From: Sphingomonadales bacterium | Lineage (GTDB): Bacteria; Pseudomonadota; Alphaproteobacteria; Sphingomonadales; Sphingomonadaceae | Assembly: GCA_016721875.1 (NCBI GenBank) | Contig: JADKHG010000008.1 | Span: 24,390 to 88,389 of the forward strand | Length of the DNA: 64,000 nt | Reading direction: 5' to 3' | In this document: positions 49,856 to 61,665 of the stretch, piece after piece | Layout of the letters: the number at the start of each line of letters is the position of its first letter | Numbering within the stretch: position 1 is the first letter of the stretch | Notes under the pieces: model-generated | What the model was told of the DNA's origin: nothing | The model's input: the letters and a program-made list of their open reading frames with translations, nothing else | Databases searched by the model: none | Translations under genes and position numbers: made by a program

Positions 49856-50781
49856 CCTTCGAACAATGCGCGCAGCGCCGGGCTGGCCTGATCGAGCAAC
49901 TGGTGCGCAAGCCGTGCGGGGGCATCGCCATCGGTCGCAGCAAAACTGATAAACCCTTTTTGGCACTCACTGCCGTTTTCGCTCAATATCTCGGCTTGCA
50001 GTTGCAGCGTTGCGCCATCGACAGTCGCTTGCGCCGCGACCGGCGAATGGCAGGTGCCGCCCAGCGCCTCAAGAAACGCTCGCTCGGCCATCACGCAGGC
50101 AAAGGTTGGTGCGTGGTTTACGGGCGCAAGCAATGCAGCGATTTCTGCGCGTGCGCTCAAACAATCTATGCCGATGGCACCCTGTGATGCCGCTGGCAGC
50201 ATTTCCTCGGGCGCAATTGCGACACCGATATTGCCCTGCCCCAAACGGTCAAGCCCCGCCGCCGCAAGCAGCGTTGCGTCAAATTCGCCATTGGCGACTT
50301 TTGCCAATCGCGTTGCGACATTGCCGCGGATCGGTGCAGTGCGCAGGTCGGGTCGGATCGCCCTCAACTGCGCAGCACGGCGCGGGCTGGAGGTGCCGAC
50401 AAGCGCATTTTCCGGCAGACTCAAAATCGAGTTCGCGCCGATAAGCCGATCGCGCACATCGGCGCGCGGCAGCATTGCGGCGATGGCGAAATGGTCGGGG
50501 CGCACCGTCTCGACATCCTTCATCGAATGCACCGCAATGTCGATTTCGCGTTCGATCAAGGCGCGTTCGAGCTCCTTGGTCCACAGCGCCTTGCCGCCAA
50601 TTTCGGCAAGCGGACGGCTCTGGTCCTTGTCGCCGCTCGACAGCATTGGGACCAGTTGAACTGCATCTTCGTTCCAGCCATGTGCCGCCAGCAAAGTGGC
50701 CTTCACCATCTCCGCCTGCGCCAAGGCGAGCGGGGAGGAACGGGTGCCGAGGCGGAACGGATGATCAACGGTCGGGGTCAT
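49852..50781 (-). CDS. hemC: hydroxymethylbilane synthase
   Basis: 309 aa. [31 protein letters not shown]. Confidence 0.95.
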   Translation of the reverse strand: MTPTVDHPFRLGTRSSPLALAQAEMVKATLLAAHGWNEDAVQLVPMLSSGDKDQSRPLAEIGGKALWTKELERALIEREIDIAVHSMKDVETVRPDHFAIAAMLPRADVRDRLIGANSILSLPENALVGTSSPRRAAQLRAIRPDLRTAPIRGNVATRLAKVANGEFDATLLAAAGLDRLGQGNIGVAIAPEEMLPAASQGAIGIDCLSARAEIAALLAPVNHAPTFACVMAERAFLEALGGTCHSPVAAQATVDGATLQLQAEILSENGSECQKGFISFAATDGDAPARLAHQLLDQASPALRALFEG

Positions 50782-50822
50782 GCGGCTTGTCCATAGCGAG
50801 AGCGCTGCCTATGGGGAAGGGG

Positions 50823-51853
50823 ATGGCGATCATATTGGGTCTTGAATCGAGTTGCGACGAAACCGCTGCGGCATTGGTGCGGTCGGACCGCACAATATTG
50901 AGCCACGCGCTGGCGGGGCAGGAGGATCACCACCGTGCCTTTGGCGGCGTCGTACCCGAAATTGCCGCGCGCGCCCATGCCGAATTGATGACGCCTTTGG
51001 TCGAAACCGCGCTTGCCGATGCCGGGATGACGCTCGATCAGGTCGATGCCATTGCTGCCACCGCAGGACCGGGGCTGATCGGCGGGGTGATGGTCGGGCT
51101 GGTGACAGCCAAGGCACTGGCGATGGCAGCGGACAAGCCGCTGATTGCGGTCAACCATCTGGAAGGCCATGCGCTGTCGCCCCGGCTGACGGAGCCTGAG
51201 CTGGCTTTCCCTATCTGCTGCTGCTTATCTCCGGTGGGCATTGCCAGTTGCTGCGCGTCAACGGCGTCGGGCGTTATGACCGCCTTGCCACCACCATCGA
51301 CGACGCCGCGGGCGAGGCATTCGACAAGACCGCGAAGCTGCTAGGTCTGGGCTTTCCCGGCGGGCCAGCGGTGGAGCGGGCGGCACCGACCGGCGACCCC
51401 CAGGCCGTGCCATTGCCGCGCCCGTTGAAAGGGCAGCGCAGAACCGCATTTCTCTTTGCCGGGTTGAAAAGCGCGGTGCTGCGCGCCGCATCGCGCCAGA
51501 TACCGGGCAGAGGATATTGCGGCCTCTTTCCCGCAAGCGGTGGTCGATTGCCTGGTGGACCGGACTAGCAGCGCCTGGCGCGGATCGATCCTTTGGCGGC
51601 GCTGGTGGTCGCAGGCGGCGTTGCTGCCAATGACGCGGTGCGTGCGCTGCTCCGACGCTGGCGGTCCGGCACGGCCTGCCTTTTGTCGCGCCACCACACT
51701 GGCTGTGCACCGATAACGGCGCGATGATCGCCTGGGCCGGGCGCAGAACGCTTGCGCTGCGGGTTGGTCGACCGGCTGGATGTCGCCGCCGGCCCGCGCT
51801 GGCCGCTCGATCCCGATGCCGAGGCAGCACGCGGAGCCAGGGTGAAAGCATGA
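50823..51853 (+). pseudogene. tsaD: tRNA N6-adenosine threonylcarbamoyltransferase TsaD, multiply frameshifted
   Basis: The frame is intact for the first 129 codons ([20 protein letters not shown]). It first breaks at the C3 run 51209-51211. Later segments ([34 protein letters not shown]; [19 protein letters not shown]; [14 protein letters not shown]; [14 protein letters not shown]; [16 protein letters not shown]...VKA) are spread over all three frames, giving at least 6 shifts. Confidence 0.85.
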
Positions 51854-52600
51854 TCGACATCGGCATAATCGGCGGCGAGGCGCCAGGGGCACGGCGCTGG
51901 CACAGGTGATGGCGCAAGGACCAGCCGAAGTGCGGCTCTGGGCGCTGGAGCACGAAGTGGCCGCCGCGATCAACCAGGGCCATCTGAATCCGCTCTATCT
52001 GCCTGACTGCCGCTGCCCCCCGCCATCCGCGCCACCATGACATCGCAGGACATGGCCGAATGCTAGGCCTCTTGCTCATCGCACCCGGCGCAGCACCTGC
52101 GCGCACGCTGGCCGCCTGCCGCCTCCCGACGCGCCGCTCATTCTCTGCGCCAAGGGGATTGAAGCCGGCACTAGATGCTAATGTCCGAAGTAGTGGCCGC
52201 GGTGCGCCGCGGCACCGATCGCGGTCGTTTCCGGCCCGACCTTCGCGCAGCCGGGGCTTCGCCGAGATGACGCGCTTCGGCCTGGCGTTGGGCGCGCGGG
52301 CGGAAACGCTATCTGGCCTTTCCGGCCTGGGCGATCTGGTGCTCACCTGCTCGTCCACCAATTCGCGCAACTTCTCCCTCGGTAAAGGTTTGGGGCAAGG
52401 GCAAAGGGCGACAGAACTTCTTTCCAACCGCCGCACGGTGGCGGAAGGTGCGTTTACCGCACCGGTATTGCGCGATGTCGCACGCCAGGCTGGGGTAGAA
52501 ATGCCGATTGTCGAAGGCGTGTGCGCGCTGCTGTCGGGCAAGGCCAGCGCTGCCGCGATGATCGACGCCCTGCTATCCCGGCCGCTAGGCCGAAAGGTGA
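51850..52600 (+). pseudogene. gpsA: NAD(P)H-dependent glycerol-3-phosphate dehydrogenase, frameshifted and internally deleted
   Basis: MIDIGIIGG... then shifts. GARGTALA replaces the expected GAWGTALA. ...VVSGPTFA is joined directly to [11 protein letters not shown] near 52245, so about 75 codons including the GGAVKN region are absent. The C-terminus ([19 protein letters not shown] ... [13 protein letters not shown]) runs on without a stop; the end is approximate. Confidence 0.8.
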
Positions 52601-52619
52601 CAGCGGGCGCCACTGCGCT

Positions 52620-54154
52620 ATGTCACCTGACCGGGGCAGCAACGCGGCGAGGGAACCAGCTCGGCTACGGGCAGTTCAACCTCCGGCGCGAGGGACCGCG
52701 AAGCCGATCGAATGCCGCGCTCGCCAAGGGCGGGCGCACCAATGTGGCGGCTTTGTCCTGCGGCTTGCCGCGCATCCCGTTCCTGTTCATCGCCGGGCGG
52801 ATCTACGGGCCGGAAGTGCTGGGCCGTTTCGCCTATGCCATCCTCATCGTCGAGTTCGCGGCCCAGCTGGCGACAGCGTCTGCGGCGCGGGCTGGCGGAC
52901 GCGCTGGCGAAACCAGACCGGCATGAGGCCCATGTCGTCGCCGACGCGATGGTGGTGGCTTTAGTCTTTTCGCTGATCGCGGCCGGCGTGCTGATCGCCC
53001 TTCCGCATGCGATGTTCCCCAACAGCCCGTTCAACGGCATGGACCGCTTCCTGCCGCTGATCATTATCGCGATTGCCTGTACGGAGATTGCGCTGTCCGC
53101 GCTCGCCTACCGTTTCGATATCGCCGCCACCGTCCGCGCGCGGGCGATTGTCGAGCCATGGACGATCAGCATCGCGGCGGGGTTGCTGGTGTTCTACTCG
53201 ACCCGCGACGGTCTGATCCTGTCCTATGTCGCCTCGATTGTCGCAGCGATGCTGGCGGCGATCTGGCCGCTCGTCAAAAGCTATGGCTTGCCGCAGGCGT
53301 GGCGCCCGCGCCCGATACGAGCTTGGCGGACTGGCCCGAATCAACCTGCCACTCGCCGCCGCCGACGCCGCCGAATGGGGCAGCAGGCGGCTCGATCTCG
53401 CCATCCTCGGCCTGTTCGCCAGCCCTGCTGTGGTCGGGATTTACTATGTCGCGCAACAGGTCGCCAGCCTGCCGCAGAAACTGAAGAGCAGCTTCGAGCC
53501 GATCCTCGGCCCGGTCATCACCCGCAACCTCGCCGATCATAACTATGCGGCGATCGCACGGCAGGTGAGCCAGGTGGGGTTCTGGATTCTCGCTGCACAG
53601 GCGGGGATAGCTCTCGCGCTCGGCATCCCCGGTGAAGCGGTGATGGGGCTGATCGGGCCCGAATTTGTCGGCGGGACGGCGCCATGGCCTTCCTGCTCGC
53701 GGCAGAGGTTGCCGCCGCCACGGCCGTGGTCAGCGAAAGCGCGCTCGTTTATATGGCGCGGCACCGCAACCTGATGATCTCGATGTTCATGCTGGCGTTG
53801 CAAGTTGTGCTCAGCCTGATCCTGATCGAGCTGGTGCCGATGCTGCCGATCAAGCCGCAATATCTGGGCCTTGCTCAGGCCGCAGCGGTCGCCGCCGCGC
53901 TGATGCTCGCGCTGGGCGTGGCATCGGTGGCCAAAGTGCTGTTGCTGGCAAAGCTGCTGGGCGAACCGATCAACATCTGGCGCTGGACCCTGCTCCCCGC
54001 CGTCGCCACCGCAATCCTGATCGGCGTGGGCGCGACGCAGCTTCCCGAATGGGCCGAACTGGCGCTGGGCATTCCGGCGATTTTGGGCGTGTATCTGTGG
54101 GTCATCTGGCGCTGGGGTTTCGGGCCGGAAGACCGCGTTCTTTTCAAAAGGTAG
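52620..54154 (+). pseudogene. MOP/Wzx-type polysaccharide flippase-like membrane protein, multiply frameshifted
   Basis: Hydrophobic segments are spread over ORFs 52521-52964, 52060-52926, 52712-53542, 53226-53774 and 53684-54154 (e.g. [33 protein letters not shown]; LAILGLFASPAVVGIYYVAQQVASLPQKLKSSFEPILGPVITR; ...ILGVYLWVIWRWGF). The start is approximate. Confidence 0.6.
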
Positions 54155-54157
54155 GAT

Positions 54158-55516
54158 ATGGCAAAAAAGACCCTGTGGAGCCGTGCGCGTGACATGGCGG
54201 AAAAGGCCCCGCCCGAACGCAACCGCTATGTCGATTTCCTGCGTGCTTTGTCGATCATGGCGGTAGTGGTCGGCCATTGGCTGGTGGCGGCGCCCTATAT
54301 GCAGGATGGCGCCGTGGTTGGCGGGCATTTGCTGGGGATCATCCCCTGGACGCAATGGCTGACCTGGGGCTTTCAGGTGATGCCGCTCTTCTTCCTCGTC
54401 GGCGGCTTTTCCAACGGTATGAGCTGGGCGGCGACCCAGCGTAAAGCCTGTCCTGAGCCTGGTCGAAGGAGCGGCCATTATGCCGACTGGTTCGGCAGCC
54501 GGGTGCAACGCCTGATCAATCCCGTCCTGCCGCTGTTCCTGATCTGGACGCTGTTCGCCGCCTTTGGCACCGCGCTGGGCGTGGAGCGCGGGGTTGTGAA
54601 GATGGCGGCGCAATTGGCGCTGGTGCCAGTGTGGTTCCTCTCGGTCTATCTGATGGTCTCGGCACTGGTGCCGCTGACCTGGAACCTGTGGCAGCGTTTT
54701 GGCCTTGGCTCTTTCTGGGGCTTTGTCGTGGGCGCAATTGCCGTTGATGTGCTCAGCATCCATTTCGGCGTGCCCTATATCAATTTCGCGAACTTCCTCT
54801 TCGTCTGGCTGGGCGTGCACCAGCTGGGCTATGCCTGGGGCGCGGGGCGTATCCGCAATCCCTGGGTCTGGGCGGTGTTCGGCGCGATTGCGCTCGAAAT
54901 GCTCGTCTATTTCGGCCCCTATCCGGTAGCGATGATCGGCGTTCCGGGCAGCGAGCTGAGCAACTCGATGCCGCCCACGCTCGCGCTGTTCGCGCTGGGT
55001 GTGGCACAGGCGGGGCTGGCGCTGGCGCTGGAAAAGGCCGGACGGCGGATGCTGGATACTATGCGCATCTGGACCGCGACCGTCCTCCTCAACGGCATGA
55101 TCATGACGGTCTATCTCTGGCACCTGACCGCCTTTGTCTTTGTGATGGTTGCGGCGTGGTTGCTGGGTGGCATCGGTCTGCACAGCGCGCCCGGCAGCGG
55201 CGCATGGTGGCTCGCCCGACCGATCTGGTTCGCGCTGTACATCGCGATGCTCCTCCCGCTGATCGCCCTCTTTGCGCGGTTTGAGGCAGCGCGTGGCATG
55301 CCCGACCGCGAAGCCCCCGTGCCGCACTGGCGGCTGGTCACCGGCCTGATCCTGACCTGCGCCGGATTGGCCTTCACCGCCGCAATCAGCATCGCAAGTC
55401 CAGAGGGTGTGACGGGCGTGAGGTTGTGGGTGGTGGCGCTGCCGTTTGTGGGGGCGGCACTGATCGGCTTTGGCCCGGTGCGGGATTTGAGTAAAAAGGT
55501 GAGTGGGGCAAATTGA
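54158..55516 (+). CDS. acyltransferase family 3 membrane protein
   Basis: 452 aa, about 10 TM. N-terminal RNRYVDFLRALSIMAVVVGHW. Confidence 0.8.
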   Translation: MAKKTLWSRARDMAEKAPPERNRYVDFLRALSIMAVVVGHWLVAAPYMQDGAVVGGHLLGIIPWTQWLTWGFQVMPLFFLVGGFSNGMSWAATQRKACPEPGRRSGHYADWFGSRVQRLINPVLPLFLIWTLFAAFGTALGVERGVVKMAAQLALVPVWFLSVYLMVSALVPLTWNLWQRFGLGSFWGFVVGAIAVDVLSIHFGVPYINFANFLFVWLGVHQLGYAWGAGRIRNPWVWAVFGAIALEMLVYFGPYPVAMIGVPGSELSNSMPPTLALFALGVAQAGLALALEKAGRRMLDTMRIWTATVLLNGMIMTVYLWHLTAFVFVMVAAWLLGGIGLHSAPGSGAWWLARPIWFALYIAMLLPLIALFARFEAARGMPDREAPVPHWRLVTGLILTCAGLAFTAAISIASPEGVTGVRLWVVALPFVGAALIGFGPVRDLSKKVSGAN

Positions 55517-55643
55517 CGCCCCGGTTGACATTGCTGATCGGTAAGCCTAACGGCCACCACCTTATGAAGACGACCAAACTATACCAACTAGTCAATCGAC
55601 CCGTCAGCTGGAGCTGACACGGGCGTTTCGTTGCGCCCGACAT

Positions 55644-55724
55644 TCGGGTGCGGCGCGGTATGGTAATAGCGTCAGGTTTTTCCTTAAAACCTAAGCCAAG
55701 CAGGTTCGATCCCTGTCACCCGGA
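55644..55724 (+). ncRNA. tRNA-like element immediately upstream of rtcB (non-canonical cloverleaf)
   Basis: Folded by eye. Acceptor 55644-55650/55717-55723 (7 bp, one U-G). D stem 55653-55656/55669-55672 with a GG-containing 12-nt loop. 7-bp stem 55674-55680/55686-55692 with 5-nt loop UCCUU. 7-nt variable region. T stem 55700-55704/55712-55716 with loop TTCGATC. It lacks U8, an encoded CCA and a 7-nt anticodon loop. Confidence 0.5.
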
Positions 55725-55749
55725 CAAAGATTTATCCAGGAGACAGATT

Positions 55750-56967
55750 ATGCAGATCATACAAGGAAACAAGGGCGGCCTGATCAAGGCTTGGATCGAC
55801 GGCGTTGGTGTCGAGGCGCAGGCACGCGCCCAGCTTGACAACATCGCCGCCATGCCTTTCGTCCACAAGCATGTGGCGATCATGCCCGACGTGCATTGGG
55901 GCATGGGCGCAACCGTTGGCTCGGTGATTCCCACTAAAGGGGCGATTATCCCCGCGGCTGTGGGCGTGGATATCGGCTGCGGCATGATGGCGCACCGGAC
56001 CTCGCTGAACGCATCGGATTTGCCCGATAGCCTCGCCGGCATTCGTTCTGCAATCGAGGCGGCGGTACCGCATGGGCGCACCAATAATGGTGGTCCCGGG
56101 GATCGCGGCGCGTGGGGCAGCGTACCCGACGCCAATGTCGATCGCATCCGCCCGCATGTCGAGGCGCTGAAGGGGTTGGCTGAAAAGCATCCCAAGATCG
56201 CGCAAGCCAGTGAACGCGCACCGACCCATGCGGGTACGCTCGGCACCGGGAATCATTTCGTCGAGATCTGTCTCGACGAGGAGGAGCGGGTGTGGGTGAT
56301 GCTCCATTCGGGATCGCGCGGCATCGGCAACAAGATTGGCACCTACTTCATCGAGAAGGCCAAGGCCGAAATGCGGCGCTGGTACATCAATCTTCCCGAT
56401 GAGGACCTTGCTTACTTCCCCGAAGGGTCGGGCCTGTTCGACGATTATTGGGAGGCTGTGGGCTGGGCGCAGGGCTGGGCACGGTTGAACCGCGAACTGA
56501 TGATGGACGCGGCGATGGCGGCGCTCAGCAAGGCGGTACCCAAGCCATTCACTACCGATTGCGAGGCGGTGAACTGCCACCACAACTATGTCACCCGTGA
56601 AGCGCATTTCGGGGACAATGTTCTGGTGACCCGCAAGGGGGCGGTGTCGGCGAAGGAAGGCGAAATGGGGATCATTCCCGGATCGATGGGCGCCAAGTCG
56701 TTCATCGTGCGCGGGAAGGGCAACCGGGACTCCTTCTGCTCCTGCTCTCACGGGGCAGGACGCGCGATGTCGCGTAACGAAGCGAAGAAGCGCTTCACGC
56801 TAGCCGACCACGCCGCGGCAACCGCCGGCGTCGAATGCCGCAAGGACGAAGGGGTAATCGACGAAACCCCCGCGGCCTACAAGGATATCGACGCCGTAAT
56901 GGCCGCGCAGGCCGACCTTGTGGAGGTGATGCACACGCTGAAGCAAGTTGTATGCGTCAAGGGTTGA
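55750..56967 (+). CDS. rtcB: RNA ligase RtcB
   Basis: Start ATG 55750 behind AGGAGA (55738-55743). The track ORF start at GTG 55648 would read through the tRNA-like element. Motifs [22 protein letters not shown]. Confidence 0.95.
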   Translation: MQIIQGNKGGLIKAWIDGVGVEAQARAQLDNIAAMPFVHKHVAIMPDVHWGMGATVGSVIPTKGAIIPAAVGVDIGCGMMAHRTSLNASDLPDSLAGIRSAIEAAVPHGRTNNGGPGDRGAWGSVPDANVDRIRPHVEALKGLAEKHPKIAQASERAPTHAGTLGTGNHFVEICLDEEERVWVMLHSGSRGIGNKIGTYFIEKAKAEMRRWYINLPDEDLAYFPEGSGLFDDYWEAVGWAQGWARLNRELMMDAAMAALSKAVPKPFTTDCEAVNCHHNYVTREAHFGDNVLVTRKGAVSAKEGEMGIIPGSMGAKSFIVRGKGNRDSFCSCSHGAGRAMSRNEAKKRFTLADHAAATAGVECRKDEGVIDETPAAYKDIDAVMAAQADLVEVMHTLKQVVCVKG

Positions 56968-57037
56968 TTATGTAGGGGGCGGGGTCTTTTGGGCTTCGCC
57001 CCTTGCTCCTTTCAAAAAACCAGCACATATAGCGAAC

Positions 57038-59239
<2,202 letters not shown>

Positions 59240-59294
59240 AACTCATTGACTAATTATTCTCACTAACATAGATTAGCCGAATTGGAGATTCGGT

Positions 59295-59726
59295 ATGAAA
59301 ACCATAGAGATCGACTTTGAGGTGTTCAAGGGGCTTACCGCCGGCCTGCTGAGCGAGGCGGATACCTACAATGATGTAATCAGACGAATGCTCAACTTGC
59401 CAGATGCGCAAGCCAGCGCTTTGCCGGGGGAGGTCGACAATCCCGGGCTTCCCGCCGTCGCTACCGTTGCTGGTCAGGCAAGCGGTATCTGGCTGTCCAA
59501 TGTTTTTTTCCCTAATGGAACCCTGTTTCGAGCCACATACAAGGGTAAGACGCATCGTGCCCAAATTCGAAATTCCCAGTGGATTGACGAACTTGGACAA
59601 GTGAGAAGTAGCCCCTCAGATGCGGCTAGCGCGATCTCCAAAACGAATGTCAACGGGTGGCGATTCTGGTTTGTTCGGCGTCCATATGATGAAGACTGGC
59701 AGCGGATGGATGCTCTAAAGCAATGA
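59295..59726 (+). CDS. hypothetical protein with SeqA-N-like N-terminus and DUF4357-like C-terminus
   Basis: MKTIEIDFEVFKGLTAGLLSEADTYNDVIRRMLNL resembles the SeqA N-terminal domain ([35 protein letters not shown], recalled). The C-terminal SSPSDAASAISKTNVNGWRFW resembles the DUF4357 motif. ATGA overlap with higB. Confidence 0.55.
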   Translation: MKTIEIDFEVFKGLTAGLLSEADTYNDVIRRMLNLPDAQASALPGEVDNPGLPAVATVAGQASGIWLSNVFFPNGTLFRATYKGKTHRAQIRNSQWIDELGQVRSSPSDAASAISKTNVNGWRFWFVRRPYDEDWQRMDALKQ

Positions 59727-60010
59727 TCCGCTCCTTCGCCAAAACGCCAACCAAGACCGAGCGCATCTGGAATGGTTTGCGCAGTCCGAAGTTGCCGCCG
59801 GATGTGCAACAGCGAGCCTTGGTCAAGCTGCTAATGCTCGATGCCGCAACCACGCTCGACGATCTCAAATTTCCGCCCAGCAACGGCTTGCACGAGTTGA
59901 AAGATGACCGGCGCGGTCAACATGCAATTTCCATTAACAGAAAATATCGTATATGCTTCGTCTGGAACAACGGAGATGCCTACGATGTCGAAATCGTCGA
60001 CTACCACTAA
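59723..60010 (+). CDS. higB: HigB-type toxin (plasmid maintenance system killer family)
   Basis: 95 aa. ...LHELKDDRRGQHAISINRKYRICFVWNNGDAYDVEIVDYH is the family C-terminal signature. Confidence 0.85.
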   Translation: MIRSFAKTPTKTERIWNGLRSPKLPPDVQQRALVKLLMLDAATTLDDLKFPPSNGLHELKDDRRGQHAISINRKYRICFVWNNGDAYDVEIVDYH

Positions 60011-60302
60011 TCCCGACTGGCTGGAGCTCGTCCATGCCGGGGATATTCTGCTGTCCGAATTTATCGAGCCGCTTGAGCTAACCGAAGCCAAAGTGGCCGA
60101 AGCCGTTCATGTGGAACCCGCTCGAATTTCGGCCATGATTTCCGGAATCTCGCCAGTCGATGCCGATCTCGACCTTCGCTTGACACGCTATTTCCGGCTC
60201 AGCGAAGGTTATTTCCTTCGCATTCAGACCCGGCATGACACGCTGGCAGCCAAACGTGCTCTTAACGGTGAACTCGAACGTATATTGCCGCTAGCAGCCT
60301 GA
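59985..60302 (+). CDS. higA: HigA-type antitoxin (HTH)
   Basis: Start ATG 59985 (or 59976), overlapping the higB end. HAGDILLSEFIEPLELTEAKVAEAVHVEPARISAMISG...LRLTRYF. Confidence 0.85.
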   Translation: MSKSSTTTNPDWLELVHAGDILLSEFIEPLELTEAKVAEAVHVEPARISAMISGISPVDADLDLRLTRYFRLSEGYFLRIQTRHDTLAAKRALNGELERILPLAA

Positions 60303-60364
60303 CCAAGGCAAATTGCGCGATCAATCGGCGGCAATGGTTGGACCCTATCTGCAAAGCGCAGACC

Positions 60365-60745
60365 CTAATCCGCCCTCATCCCCACATCCTCCATCTTCGC
60401 CCAATGGCGCGCGTCGTCCAGCTGTTTCAACCCGAACACCCTGATTTCCGCCGGATAGAGCGGTGCAAAAAACCGCGTTAACGGCCCGACCCAGCCCTTG
60501 TCGCTGACCACTGCGATGCGGCCGAGCCATTTGTGGTGGGTCAGCTGGAACAGGATGTCCTTCCACCAGATTTCGACATCGACCCAGCCTATTTCACCCA
60601 CCACCTCGACGACATTGACTGTTTCGTTGCTCTTGATCAGTTCATCGACCGCCGCAATCACCGCCTCGAAATCCGCTTTTTTGATCGCACCGTCGACGGT
60701 CAGTTCGAGATAACCGGTCTTGGCATCGGCATGGACTTTCAGCAT
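60365..60745 (-). CDS. STAS/SpoIIAA-like (DUF3478-type) protein
   Basis: Start ATG 60745 inside ORF 60365-60823. MLKVHADAKTGYLELTVDGAIKKADFEAVIAAVDELI...RIAVVSDKGW. Confidence 0.7.
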   Translation of the reverse strand: MLKVHADAKTGYLELTVDGAIKKADFEAVIAAVDELIKSNETVNVVEVVGEIGWVDVEIWWKDILFQLTHHKWLGRIAVVSDKGWVGPLTRFFAPLYPAEIRVFGLKQLDDARHWAKMEDVGMRAD

Positions 60746-60906
60746 GACTCGTCTCCTTGGCATTAAAAACCAAGTTTGATCCGGCATGTTCCCAATGTCA
60801 TTGACGGCCATCAATACGACCAAGCCCGTGTTGGCTTCGACCAGAGAGATTGCCTTTCACAGGCGATGGGCGCATCTTTGTGCGGAAGGACAATGGGAGA
60901 CTGTTT

Positions 60907-61650
60907 ATGCGCAAATGGATCCTGATCGCGGCTTTGGTTGCAACTCCGGTCATGCTTGCCGCAAAGACCCAGCCGAGTTGGCTTGCGATCGAGGGCAGGG
61001 CGGAGGCCGACAGCAAGCAGGACGAAGGCCGTAAGCCCGTCGCAACGCTGCAATTCCTTGGCCTCAAAAAAGGCATGAAGGCGCTCGATTATATGGCGGG
61101 TGGTGGCTATTATGCGGAGATTTTGGCGAAAGCCGTCGGGCCTAAGGGCAAGGTGACCGCGTGGAACCCCGAAGCCTTTGTCAGCAGCGACAAGGCGAAG
61201 GAAAAATGGGTCGCGCTATCTGCCCGCACGCCCAATCTGGTCCACAACAAGGCCGCCTTTGACGGTTTTGCGGCACCAGCCAAAAGCTATGATTTCGCTC
61301 TGTTTCACCTCGTCTATCACGACCTTTATTGGCAGTCCGAAGAGTATAAGGTGCCCAGGACCGATCCCGATGCGGTGCTGAAAAAACTCTATGCTGCGAT
61401 GAAGCCGGGCGGGATTGTCGGCGTGATCGACCATTTTGGCGCAAAGGGTGATACCCGCGAAACCGTCGACAAGACGCACCGCATCGACCCCGAAGTGGTC
61501 AAGGCCGATTTCGCCCGAGCAGGCTTCAAGCTGGTTGCCGAAAGCCAGCATCTGCGAACGGCGGGCGATGACTTGAGCAAAAGCGTGTTCGACCCGGCGC
61601 TTCGCGGCAAGACCGACCGTTTCGTCTACAAATTCCGAAAGCCGAAATAG
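60907..61650 (+). CDS. class I SAM-dependent methyltransferase with signal peptide
   Basis: Start ATG 60907. ALDYMAGGGYY, MKPGGIVGVIDH. Confidence 0.7.
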   Translation: MRKWILIAALVATPVMLAAKTQPSWLAIEGRAEADSKQDEGRKPVATLQFLGLKKGMKALDYMAGGGYYAEILAKAVGPKGKVTAWNPEAFVSSDKAKEKWVALSARTPNLVHNKAAFDGFAAPAKSYDFALFHLVYHDLYWQSEEYKVPRTDPDAVLKKLYAAMKPGGIVGVIDHFGAKGDTRETVDKTHRIDPEVVKADFARAGFKLVAESQHLRTAGDDLSKSVFDPALRGKTDRFVYKFRKPK

Positions 61651-61665
61651 CTTTCGAAATCCGTT

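Noticed and set aside
54452-54470. CCTGAGCCTGGTCGAAGGA inside the acyltransferase CDS resembles the CTGAGCCTGTCGAAG repeat at 47541-47626. I considered it as a REP insertion into a coding region.
   Set aside because: The match is too short, with one indel, to separate from chance. The reading frame stays open and I cannot tell without homologues whether residues KACPEPGRRSGH are an insertion.
56976-57002. Hairpin GGGGCG...CGCCCC after rtcB, considered as an intrinsic terminator.
   Set aside because: The stem is only 6 bp with a 15-nt loop and has no clear T tract downstream (TTGCTCCTTTC). That is too weak to list as a feature.
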